From a virus: a stretch of DNA of 64,000 bases. A program made the position numbers and the translations under genes. Below are positions 21,633 to 30,692 of this stretch, piece by piece (position 1 is the first letter of the stretch; every line of letters starts with the position of its first letter). The DNA is taken from positions 32,001 to 96,000 of the IMG/VR virus record IMGVR_UViG_3300047548_001271; one strand, given 5' to 3'. The notes below the pieces were generated by a model. That model made no database searches and had not been told where the DNA came from. It worked only from the letters and a program-made list of their open reading frames with translations.

Positions 21633-22842
21633 ATACTGCGAATGTACAGAACCAGGATTTTGTAATAGACATTTAATACAAAAAAATAATGTTCTATTTT
21701 CCATGTGCAAGGGCGAAGGAAAATGCGATGATTGTGGATTAAAATACTGGAAAGCTTGGGAAAATGGTATGCTAGGCGCCACTCCACCAAAAAAACCAGT
21801 CTTAAAACCAGACGGTTTTTGCCAAGACAAAAACGAAGGAAAGGAGCTTCCATGTGGATCATGCTCTCAATCTAAAAAAGAATTTTATTCTAAATCAAGC
21901 ATGGCTTATATAAAAAATGACAGATCTCTCACAACAGCGTTCAATATAAATGATGAGTTTTATAATAAGAGATTAGAGATTTGTAATAAATGTCCATTAT
22001 TAATAAATAATAAATGCCATGTAAAGGATGTTGAATATAACAAATTTGCCTCAAGAAAATATGAATCATGCCCTCTTGGTAAATGGTATCCGCTTGCAAG
22101 ACAAATAAGAAAATTTAACGGACATATAAAACGAAATTTATTAATGCATATAATGCCAATAAAAACAAATAATAACTGGAAAATGAATTTGGACCAAGTA
22201 GTATCTAAAATTGAATTATTTAATAATAAAAAGTTTTTAGCAATATGTTATGAAGATAAAATTGGTAGAAACAAATATCATACATTAAAACCAGAAGATG
22301 TTATCGCATATTGCGATAGTATAGGATTATATTTTGATGATATAAAAGTGTTTCAAAATAATCCAAAAATAAGAGAAGGTGTGTCTTTTCCATGGTTATT
22401 AGAAAGTATTCAAAGTGTTGATCCTAATGAAATTACTTTTTACTGTCATGGTAAGGGATGCACTCATGATGAAAATTCGATTACTGTTAAATGGGCTAAA
22501 GCTCAATATGATATATGCTTGAACAAAATTAAAAATGTAGAATTAGCACTTGAGCAATTTTGTATGGCTGGTGCGTTCAGAAGATTTGGCCAATTCACTA
22601 CACCCGGAAATAATAGATGGCACTATTCTGGAACCTTTTACTGGTTTAGAAATGACGAAGTATTCAAACCCGGTAAAGACTGGAGAAAATTAGATGATTT
22701 GTTCTTCTGTGTTGAATCATGGCCTGGGAGAATGTTCCATGCACACGAAACAGTTTCTATCTTGGGTGATGATTATGGTGATTTATACTCACAAGAAGAA
22801 TGGTTAAAAATTAACGAATTATTAGAATATTATTATTTATAA
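21625..22842 (+). CDS. Cys-rich N-terminal module fused to glycosyltransferase-like domain
   Basis: CECxxxGFCNRH and C..C...CPLGKW modules; C-terminal TFYCHGKG...HYSGTFYW...ESWPG segment resembling phage GT-like/rhamnan-synthesis-like proteins. Confidence 0.5.
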   Translation: MNKYCECTEPGFCNRHLIQKNNVLFSMCKGEGKCDDCGLKYWKAWENGMLGATPPKKPVLKPDGFCQDKNEGKELPCGSCSQSKKEFYSKSSMAYIKNDRSLTTAFNINDEFYNKRLEICNKCPLLINNKCHVKDVEYNKFASRKYESCPLGKWYPLARQIRKFNGHIKRNLLMHIMPIKTNNNWKMNLDQVVSKIELFNNKKFLAICYEDKIGRNKYHTLKPEDVIAYCDSIGLYFDDIKVFQNNPKIREGVSFPWLLESIQSVDPNEITFYCHGKGCTHDENSITVKWAKAQYDICLNKIKNVELALEQFCMAGAFRRFGQFTTPGNNRWHYSGTFYWFRNDEVFKPGKDWRKLDDLFFCVESWPGRMFHAHETVSILGDDYGDLYSQEEWLKINELLEYYYL

Positions 22843-22851
22843 GGATTTAAA

Positions 22852-23409
22852 ATGATTATTAAAGAAAATTCAATCTCAGAGCATATTGCAATAGCGGCTT
22901 CAGTCGCAATTCCAAAAGAAGACTGGCAGTGGTGGCATAGATATGTCGGTAAAGATTCAGTAAAATATGGAAGTGTCGATCATTTAAGGTTCCCAAATGC
23001 GTGCAGAATAGCACTTGAAGAATTAGCTAGAACATTTGTTCCACCAAGCGGATGCTTTCCAGACATGGACTACCATGCTGGTGGTATGCATATGATACCA
23101 CCAGAAGGATGGCTTAGTGGTCATTATGATGCTGAATATCACCCATTATACAATTGGCAGCGAGTTGGATCATTAGTGTGGTTTGCCAACGAAAAGTGGG
23201 AAGATAATTGGGGTGGAAAGCTAGTGATAAAAGGTAAAGAGATCACACCAAAATTTAATACTTGTGTTTATTTTGACACAAAAGATTGTTGGCATGAAGT
23301 AACACGAATAACTGGTCCCGAATTCAGAAAAACGTTAGCAATATTCTATTGGAAAGTGGTTGACAGCGTAGACAAAAAGGCTAGTAGAAAAGCTAATTTT
23401 GAAAAATAA
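22852..23409 (+). CDS. 2OG-Fe(II) oxygenase (prolyl-hydroxylase-like)
   Basis: HYD...WH iron triad, WGGKL, RKTL 2OG-binding Arg. Confidence 0.85.
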   Translation: MIIKENSISEHIAIAASVAIPKEDWQWWHRYVGKDSVKYGSVDHLRFPNACRIALEELARTFVPPSGCFPDMDYHAGGMHMIPPEGWLSGHYDAEYHPLYNWQRVGSLVWFANEKWEDNWGGKLVIKGKEITPKFNTCVYFDTKDCWHEVTRITGPEFRKTLAIFYWKVVDSVDKKASRKANFEK

Positions 23410-23410
23410 T

Positions 23411-23761
23411 TTACCATTTGCCTAGTGGACACTGAGACGATTCCCATTTAACCTTTAAGTCTAGGAAGCACCCACACTCAAAACAAGTTCTATCAGACTT
23501 ATTGAATCTATCACATGTTTCACATAAAGAAATTCTGCGATTAGATTCTTCATCTGTGCAGTTTTTTGCTCCGTTATACACGTGTTTAACTACAGCTTTT
23601 GAAAAATTGATAGCTTTTTCTACTAAGCCTTTTCCAGACTTTGATTCCCACATGTTAAAATATTTAATATTTGTGGAGCAAAGTCTATGCTCGGTATCAT
23701 TTTTATTTATTTTATGTCTATTGCAGTACCCACTAAGAGGGCATTCACATGGTGTGTTCAT
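23411..23761 (-). CDS. small Cys-rich protein (DUF6171-like), paralog of the 21625 N-terminus
   Basis: CECPLSGYCNRH; RISLCETC...CFECGC...CPLGKW. Confidence 0.75.
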   Translation of the reverse strand: MNTPCECPLSGYCNRHKINKNDTEHRLCSTNIKYFNMWESKSGKGLVEKAINFSKAVVKHVYNGAKNCTDEESNRRISLCETCDRFNKSDRTCFECGCFLDLKVKWESSQCPLGKW

Positions 23762-23762
23762 T

Positions 23763-24440
23763 TTATTCCTTAGAATATTTCTCTGCTGTTACACACATAC
23801 CACCCTCCCACATAAGAACATCTTTTATTATAAAATATTTAATAACTTGAGTAATAAGAGAATGCACGGAATATGTCCTTAAATGTGTTTTTTCTTTCCA
23901 GTTATCAACAATAAAACTATGTCTTGGTGTTTGTATATGTACAATACCATTTTCATTAAGATTTTTATAGCAAGAATAGACTAAGAGTTCTGGATATGGA
24001 ACATGTTCGATGACTTCTCTTACCGTAATAACATCAAATTTATTATTGAAATTAACAATATGCAATTCATTATCGATATAAATTTTGTCGCGGCTAACGC
24101 CATTTGAGACGGCTAACTCTTCCGATTCTTTAGAGATATCAAATCCATAAACATCAAACCCAGCATCTTCTAATGCTAGCATACTTACACCATCTCTAAA
24201 TCCAACTTCTAATAGTTTCCCATGAGACTTAAACTTTTTGATCAAAAATATGTTTGTGTCCCATTCCTTTTTTAGTTGATCTATTGAATGTCTTGATATT
24301 TCTAATGACTGATATTCCCCAGTATACAATTTTCTAATATCTTTTTTATTTTTGTCTGCTGTCCACAAATCACATTGTTCGCAAAAATAAAAATCGCTAT
24401 CATTTATTTCTAAAAATTTATCACATATTTCACAATGCAT
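23763..24440 (-). CDS. class I SAM-dependent methyltransferase with N-terminal Zn ribbon
   Basis: CxxC...CxxC; LLEVGFRDG motif I; FDVITVREVIEH. Confidence 0.85.
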   Translation of the reverse strand: MHCEICDKFLEINDSDFYFCEQCDLWTADKNKKDIRKLYTGEYQSLEISRHSIDQLKKEWDTNIFLIKKFKSHGKLLEVGFRDGVSMLALEDAGFDVYGFDISKESEELAVSNGVSRDKIYIDNELHIVNFNNKFDVITVREVIEHVPYPELLVYSCYKNLNENGIVHIQTPRHSFIVDNWKEKTHLRTYSVHSLITQVIKYFIIKDVLMWEGGMCVTAEKYSKE

Positions 24441-24453
24441 GTTTTTACCTTAT

Positions 24454-24480
24454 AAAAAAACCCGCTAGTTTTCTAGCGGG
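24454..24480 (-). terminator. intrinsic terminator
   Basis: Minus strand CCCGCTAG-AAAA-CTAGCGGG followed by T7, just after ORF 24503..24883. Confidence 0.85.
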
Positions 24481-24502
24481 CTTACTCACTTTTTACGTAA
24501 TA

Positions 24503-24883
24503 CTACTTCTTAATATATTTATGCCAGCCGTTTTCACCTCGCTCAACGCTCGTATCGCCTTCGTCTGGTCTTTTGGGGAACAAGTTGTCTGTTCCATCAT
24601 CGAGCACTCCATAGCTCTTCTTATACCATTTGAGAGGTCCATTTGTTACAACCTTCTCAAAATATTCCGCTTCCTTTTCCTTTCCTTTTTCATCCGTATA
24701 TTTTGCTTTTCTAACACGATAAGAAACATCTCCTCCTGTAACAAGTTTCTTATCTACAGTTCCAGATGGAACATCTTCATAAATTTCTTGAAATCGAGCT
24801 AGCTTTCTAAACATTTCCTTGTCATTATTAGCTTCGAGTTCAACTGTCATTCTTCCATCACTAGTCGTATATGTCAACTTCAT
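24503..24883 (-). CDS. hypothetical protein
   Basis: Coupled to upstream gene, followed by terminator. Confidence 0.75.
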   Translation of the reverse strand: MKLTYTTSDGRMTVELEANNDKEMFRKLARFQEIYEDVPSGTVDKKLVTGGDVSYRVRKAKYTDEKGKEKEAEYFEKVVTNGPLKWYKKSYGVLDDGTDNLFPKRPDEGDTSVERGENGWHKYIKK

Positions 24884-25563
24884 TATTTACTCCAATCTTC
24901 TTGATAACCTTTAATATTTTCTGGGACGTTTTCAACACTATATTCGTTAAGATTTTTTATCATCGCTTTAGCGGTCTCTTTTGAGACCTCATGAATGCTA
25001 CGATAGTTTTTCTTTCCCGAATTAATAAATTTAATAACATCAATATCAAGTTTTTTACACTTTACATTGATAAGATTTTTCTGCTCGCTTGTAATTCTTT
25101 CTTCAGTTGTAATTTGATCTGCGATGAACTTTCTAACATCTTTTTTACAAAGTTCTTCAGCGGCTAACGCTCTAATATTTAGAGCTTTTCTTAATGCTCT
25201 TCCTTCAGCTTTTGTTCCTGCGGTTGCTACAGCATGAGCTAGGAATAAATCGTCTGTATTTCCTTCCCAAGTATCACATACATCACCAAAAGTTCTGTAT
25301 GCTTTTTCTCCGTCAAGCTTCCATTTAAAAACCACTTCCCATACAACTGTAGCTCTTCCAACTCCATTACCTTCTACCGGCCACACATTCACTGGCTTAC
25401 TAGAGATTATATCCCCAAGAATTAAACCGGCAACACGTCTTAAGCTATTTGTTTTTGGATGGCCGTCAATAAGCTCTTCTGGAGTAAAATGAGACATGAC
25501 ATAATCATGCCACTCTACAGAATTGTATGAAGGGATTTCTTTATCTGAATCTTGATCCATCAT
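24883..25563 (-). CDS. Rad52/Sak-like ssDNA annealing protein (putative)
   Basis: AVATAGTKAEGRALRKALNI helix typical of Rad52-fold annealing proteins; C-terminal ITSEQ...AKAMIKNL HTH. Confidence 0.55.
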   Translation of the reverse strand: MMDQDSDKEIPSYNSVEWHDYVMSHFTPEELIDGHPKTNSLRRVAGLILGDIISSKPVNVWPVEGNGVGRATVVWEVVFKWKLDGEKAYRTFGDVCDTWEGNTDDLFLAHAVATAGTKAEGRALRKALNIRALAAEELCKKDVRKFIADQITTEERITSEQKNLINVKCKKLDIDVIKFINSGKKNYRSIHEVSKETAKAMIKNLNEYSVENVPENIKGYQEDWSK

Positions 25564-26344
25564 TTACCTCTATTTCTATTAAACGTTTAGATCTTTCTGG
25601 AAACTGCTTTTCAATTTTTCTTAGTTCGGTATAGACAGAATCAAACAAATCATTCATCTTTGTTATTGAAATGCTTTTGTCTATCTGCTTAACTCTTATA
25701 ATTGCATAGCCAGCATCCATCAAGATACCTTGTTTAATAATATCAGCAGATTGTTGTTTTTGCAGCTTATCTTCTCCCCAAATCGGGAGAAAATGTGTTG
25801 GTCCGTCAACCTCGATCGCCGTCTTAATTTCTGGTAAAAACAAGTCAACTTTTAACGATGAATGAGGAACAAGATGCGTCTTTTGTGCTTCCACCTCATA
25901 CCCAGATTCAACTAAACGATTAAGTAAATGTTTTTCTGTTTTTGACCCAGAGCGAGAAGCTGCACGACAAGCATCAAGAGCTTTTTCTCGAAGTTCTTGC
26001 TTCTGAGATTCTGTCATTGAATTCCATTTGTCTTTGTTTAATTGTCTTATATATTCATAATCGTCTGGATTCATTTGCTTCCAAGCGTTTGATCTAGCTC
26101 TACCTATTTTTAGCTTTGCAGTTTCTTTTAATGCTTTGCCTTTTGTTGGATGCTCTGCACGACCAGTTGAAAGAGCTTTTGACTGAGCTGCTGAATAACT
26201 TCTACGCTCAATACCTAAGAAATCCAACGCTCTTAGAATTTTTGTAGAGTTTGTCTGTAATATTTCAGCAATTTGATATGTACTTAAACCTTGTCGTACA
26301 TACAGGTCTATTATTTTGTCTTTGTATTTTCTAGCAAATTCCAT
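25541..26344 (-). CDS. DUF559/Vsr-like endonuclease with N-terminal HTH (homing-type)
   Basis: SKTE...VDLFLPEIKTAIEVDGPTH...GYAIIRV. Confidence 0.75.
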   Translation of the reverse strand: MEFARKYKDKIIDLYVRQGLSTYQIAEILQTNSTKILRALDFLGIERRSYSAAQSKALSTGRAEHPTKGKALKETAKLKIGRARSNAWKQMNPDDYEYIRQLNKDKWNSMTESQKQELREKALDACRAASRSGSKTEKHLLNRLVESGYEVEAQKTHLVPHSSLKVDLFLPEIKTAIEVDGPTHFLPIWGEDKLQKQQSADIIKQGILMDAGYAIIRVKQIDKSISITKMNDLFDSVYTELRKIEKQFPERSKRLIEIEVNDGSRFR

Positions 26345-26778
26345 AAATCCTCCAAATTAAAATCTTCTAATATATCAGCTTCAATCTTGAAAAAACTTTT
26401 AATAGCAGCTTGATGACTTTGTGACCTTGTAATTATTTTTATATTTGAATTAAAAACGCTTCTTAAAAATTCACCAGAAAACTCCTCAAAAAACCAATCA
26501 AGATCCCATAAATATAAAACTTTTAAAGCATTTGTCTTACATGATATGATCTCAGCCGCGTGTTTAACTGTTGTGGCTATTAATACTCCATTAGAGAACG
26601 AACTTAATTCTCCAATATTTACTATTGCACACTGTAAATTAATCATATTATTACTAATATCGTATGGAACAATACAAACATCATTTAATGTATCAGTAAC
26701 TATCCTATTTACTTCTGATAATATTACATAGTTTTTTTCTGAAAAAGCTGTGTGATCTAATAGTATCATAGTTTTCAT
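26311..26778 (-). CDS. hypothetical protein, possible glycosyltransferase-fold half
   Basis: LIATT...KVLYLWDLDW...IITRS pattern; inside glycosylation cluster. Confidence 0.5.
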   Translation of the reverse strand: MKTMILLDHTAFSEKNYVILSEVNRIVTDTLNDVCIVPYDISNNMINLQCAIVNIGELSSFSNGVLIATTVKHAAEIISCKTNALKVLYLWDLDWFFEEFSGEFLRSVFNSNIKIITRSQSHQAAIKSFFKIEADILEDFNLEDLWNLLENTKTK

Positions 26779-27416
26779 ATATTTTTTACCTTAGCTTTAT
26801 CATTTTGAACAATGTGAAATTTATATTTTTTATTAATTATATTTACTAATTCATATAAACCAATGTTAGTTTTTGAATAATTTACTAAACTTCGCACTTC
26901 TTCAAAATAGTTTATTGGAATATAGAACATTTCTGACCAAGCATTAGATACATTAGAAACACCATAAGATAAATTATTTAATAAATAGTTTTGATGAAGA
27001 ATCCCTATTTTATCTTTTATTTTACAGTTCATTTCAAATGTAAATAATTTACTACTGTTTATTCTATCAATAGAATATTTATTAAAGTACCTATCGCCAT
27101 GAATTATAAAAAGATTACTTTCAGAAGAAGCGTTAATTGCCAATCTAAGAGATTCAACAGATGAAGTTTCCTTATGATTATGATTTTCAACAAGTCTTAT
27201 TTTAAGATTTGATTGATGCACATAGGATGTTACATCTTTTGATTTGTATCCAGTACATAATACAATATCAGCAAAATTATACATCTTATTTATTGTATTT
27301 GTTTGCGAGTCAATTAAAGTAGTCTTATTTACTAGCGAAAGAGGTGCTGGTAATTTAGATCGAGTTTTTGGTTGACCGGCAGACAATATAATAAATGTTA
27401 TCGATTCAATATGCAT
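26775..27416 (-). CDS. sugar/phosphocholine nucleotidyltransferase-like protein
   Basis: IILSAG, P..L, TGYK, ENHNHKETSSVESL, IIHGD. Confidence 0.75.
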   Translation of the reverse strand: MHIESITFIILSAGQPKTRSKLPAPLSLVNKTTLIDSQTNTINKMYNFADIVLCTGYKSKDVTSYVHQSNLKIRLVENHNHKETSSVESLRLAINASSESNLFIIHGDRYFNKYSIDRINSSKLFTFEMNCKIKDKIGILHQNYLLNNLSYGVSNVSNAWSEMFYIPINYFEEVRSLVNYSKTNIGLYELVNIINKKYKFHIVQNDKAKVKNI

Positions 27417-27928
27417 AAAGGCTCTGGAATGTGTTTAGATAAAGAGTTTGATAGAATATGTGATTCTGGATCTTTCTCAAACCCATAATGATTTGTATTA
27501 AAAAATACAAGAGGTAAGACATTGCTTTTTACAGGCATACTTTTTTGATAAACAATAGATCTAACACCAGTAGAGTTAGAAGTAGAATAATCTGAATATA
27601 TAGCTCCATAATTATTATCTTCAAATGTTTCTAATTTAAACTTATCAATATAACCTTCAACTGGATCGACTTTAGCGTTTATCGTAGTAAAACAATAAGA
27701 GTTTTTAATTATTTCTCTAATGTGATCTTTAAAAAATTGAGCATCAGACTCTTCATATTTAAAAAGATTGTAATAATCTTTACTACTAAAAGTGGAAGAG
27801 GAGTATAATAGGACATTTAAAACAACATCGTATTTACTACTATTAGATAAGTCTTTAATTTTTTTAAATCTGTCTTCATCTATTGATGAAGTAACAATAT
27901 TAATATTTACACGCTTCATTAATATCAT
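27398..27928 (-). CDS. hypothetical protein, degenerate GT-A-like
   Basis: GAIYSDY and HIPEPL segments resemble GT2 motifs, no clear DxD. Confidence 0.45.
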   Translation of the reverse strand: MILMKRVNINIVTSSIDEDRFKKIKDLSNSSKYDVVLNVLLYSSSTFSSKDYYNLFKYEESDAQFFKDHIREIIKNSYCFTTINAKVDPVEGYIDKFKLETFEDNNYGAIYSDYSTSNSTGVRSIVYQKSMPVKSNVLPLVFFNTNHYGFEKDPESHILSNSLSKHIPEPLCILNR

Positions 27929-28643
27929 CCCATGTTAAAATTTGATTTAAGCATCCTTGTTCCTCAGCCATTGCAATAACCTTGTCCTCAAATGTCATAT
28001 TCTTATTACCATGAACAAATTTAAACAGTGGCGATATACAGACCGACTGATGATAAAAATTTCCTACTTGTTTAACTAGTAATAATCTTTGTAGTTTTTC
28101 ATTAACGTAATAATTAATTTTGTCGAAAATAGAAGGATCAAAATCTTGCGAACTATCTAAGAAAAAGAGATAGCCATTTTTTGTCTTACGAAAAACTTCG
28201 CTAGACGCTTGCTCGTCGTTAAAAACATCGAATAATTTTACAACAGTCCATTTGTCTGTTTTAAATTTTTTTGCCTCTTTTACTACTAATGAAAGATCGT
28301 ATTGATCAGCACAGCAGATTGTTAATTTAAATTTTTTAGTAATATCAGAACTATTTATCTTTTCAATAACAGTGGCTAAATTAGAGGTTGGACCAGTATG
28401 ATGGAATAAAACAATTGTTCCTGGTATTGAAACTTCTTCTTTTAGTTGATCTAATACATCTTTTGTTTTATCTGGTTGCCATGTATGTGGTCGTCGATAC
28501 ATACAAATTCTATCAATGACCACGTCGCCATCTGTATGATTTACGTTTGCACCAGCAGCAAGCCACTTTTCGTGCAATCCAACTGAGCACTTTCCATCTG
28601 AAAATAAACAACACTCAGAACAAATTATTCCTAATTTAACCAT
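27900..28643 (-). CDS. hypothetical protein with Cys-rich N-terminus
   Basis: CSECC...C...C then a GT-A-like region (GYLFFLDS). Confidence 0.5.
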   Translation of the reverse strand: MVKLGIICSECCLFSDGKCSVGLHEKWLAAGANVNHTDGDVVIDRICMYRRPHTWQPDKTKDVLDQLKEEVSIPGTIVLFHHTGPTSNLATVIEKINSSDITKKFKLTICCADQYDLSLVVKEAKKFKTDKWTVVKLFDVFNDEQASSEVFRKTKNGYLFFLDSSQDFDPSIFDKINYYVNEKLQRLLLVKQVGNFYHQSVCISPLFKFVHGNKNMTFEDKVIAMAEEQGCLNQILTWDDINEACKY

Positions 28644-30268
28644 GATTCTTCTCCAAAATTTATTAAGCCAGTTCTTGCTTTTTCCCAGAAATTAGAATTT
28701 TTGGCTTTTCCAATAAATAATTTAATAGTGTCTTCTTTAGAAAAAGACGACAGATTTTGTCTTCCATAAATAGATAGTTCTGAGTAGAAATAACCATCTT
28801 TTGATGGTCTATAGCTCGCAGCGTTTAGATCTCTTCTCAACATTCTAATGTCGTGGCTGTATTTTCTCCAGCTATCAATTAAGTAGGCATCACAACACTT
28901 ATCAACAAAAACGGAATTAGGTATATTAGGCGGAAGATTTAATACGTCTTCTGATTTTATAATCGGTGCAACATCCCAATCTGCATAACCAACTGAATCA
29001 ATAGCATTCATCCATACTTCAGAAGATGATTCTAGTGAATAATTTTCTTCAAATAATGATCTTACTCTTCTTCTTTTCTCTTCGTTCGTTTGTGTTAATT
29101 TTTCAATAGCTTCACAAACAGATTCAGAAGATGGCACAGCTCTGTCACAACCAGTTTCCAACTCCTTATATTTTCCGTCCAACTCAATAGGAATCGCTTC
29201 TAACTTATGAATAACATCTTCCATAGCTGAGTATCTAGTACAAGCCACTGGCACTCCACAAGCAGCAGCTTCGATCTGTGGAATTCCAAAACCCTCACAG
29301 TTAGCACACTGAATATACCCATCAAATAAATTATACAGTTTTCCAAAAACTTCGTCATTAAGACCGTTTACAACATTAACAGTTTGCGATGTAAATTTAT
29401 TGCAGTTAATACAAAACTTTAATGAATCACAGAACTTTGAAACTTCAAAGCTGTTACAATTAGAACATACATAAGAAAAAAGAACACGATTTGCAATTCC
29501 ATTTTCATGCAATAATTGTGCTAAGTCCCACCCATTATCTGGATATGATGTATGACAATACAGATAAACATCTTTCGCTTGTGTTTTATCGAGATATTTT
29601 TTAAAAGCTTCAAAAAGCACTGGGAATAATTTTCTTCTTTGATTCCTCATTACGGTGCCTATAATTTTTATATTTTGGTCTATTCCAAATTCTTCTCTAA
29701 TTTTTGCCTTATCCATCATGTGAAAATGACAGTTCGCAGTTGGAGACGCAGTGCCAAAATATTTTACATTTCCTCCAGATTGTCCATTTATAATTTTTGC
29801 TCCCCAATCAGAATAAGTAATAATACCATCTGCATTTGAGAAGTAATGAACCCACTCTTCATTTTGAGGAGCCGCATCAATTGTTGGCATCCAAATCCAT
29901 TTAAAAATCCTTCTAAACGGAGATGAATATACAAAAGAATCCATCCAAAAATCTCGGATGGATAAGACAACATCTGGTTTAAAATCTAAACAAGCTCTTT
30001 CAAATCGAAAAGCTCCGAATTGGTTTTGTGGATTTTCTACGTATTTAGACAAACCATCTTTATCAGAGTCTAAAGGAATTACTGGATAATTTTTCCATTT
30101 TATCGTCTGCCTTCTTTTATCGTCTTCTTTTCCGTAGCAAGACAATTCTGCAATTTCATACTTTCCGGTTTTATCAAAGGCCTCCATCATATTTTTAGAA
30201 TATGTGGCGTAACCAGTATTTTGATACGTTGCCTCAGTTAAGAATAATAGTCTTTTTTTATTCTTCAT
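28631..30268 (-). CDS. GT-B (family 4-like) glycosyltransferase with Zn-ribbon insert
   Basis: TGYATY, RNQRRK, EGFGIPQIEAAACGVP. Confidence 0.9.
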   Translation of the reverse strand: MKNKKRLLFLTEATYQNTGYATYSKNMMEAFDKTGKYEIAELSCYGKEDDKRRQTIKWKNYPVIPLDSDKDGLSKYVENPQNQFGAFRFERACLDFKPDVVLSIRDFWMDSFVYSSPFRRIFKWIWMPTIDAAPQNEEWVHYFSNADGIITYSDWGAKIINGQSGGNVKYFGTASPTANCHFHMMDKAKIREEFGIDQNIKIIGTVMRNQRRKLFPVLFEAFKKYLDKTQAKDVYLYCHTSYPDNGWDLAQLLHENGIANRVLFSYVCSNCNSFEVSKFCDSLKFCINCNKFTSQTVNVVNGLNDEVFGKLYNLFDGYIQCANCEGFGIPQIEAAACGVPVACTRYSAMEDVIHKLEAIPIELDGKYKELETGCDRAVPSSESVCEAIEKLTQTNEEKRRRVRSLFEENYSLESSSEVWMNAIDSVGYADWDVAPIIKSEDVLNLPPNIPNSVFVDKCCDAYLIDSWRKYSHDIRMLRRDLNAASYRPSKDGYFYSELSIYGRQNLSSFSKEDTIKLFIGKAKNSNFWEKARTGLINFGEESWLN

Positions 30269-30692
30269 AAACTTCTCTTATCTCTCTCATTATCTGTCTA
30301 GTTTTTTTCAATGAAATTTTTAATTTTTTTGATATGTCTTTCATTGTAAAGCCAGAAAGTTTCATACGTAAAACCTCTTCTTCTGTGGAGTTGAAGTTTT
30401 TTATACAATCAAGATCATTTAATTCATATTCTACGTCTACACGTTTTGCTGCTTTAGAAATATCTCTACCAAGCTTTTGCGACTTCATAAATTTTATTAT
30501 ATCATTCCTAATGCACTTTGTTAGAAATGTAGATATTTTTGATTTTTCGCTATTGTATTTTTTCATGACTTTTACTATTGTCATGCAGCCAACCTGCTCT
30601 AAATCTTGCAGACTATAAACTGGATTTTTTTTGTAGAACGACTTGGCTATACTTTTTGCTAAAGGAATATGTTTTTCTATTTCTTCGTTCAT
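30258..30692 (-). CDS. sigma-70 family sigma factor (small)
   Basis: Region 2 DLEQVG...KYN...STF; region 4 HTH GFTMKDISKKL. Confidence 0.8.
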   Translation of the reverse strand: MNEEIEKHIPLAKSIAKSFYKKNPVYSLQDLEQVGCMTIVKVMKKYNSEKSKISTFLTKCIRNDIIKFMKSQKLGRDISKAAKRVDVEYELNDLDCIKNFNSTEEEVLRMKLSGFTMKDISKKLKISLKKTRQIMREIREVYEE

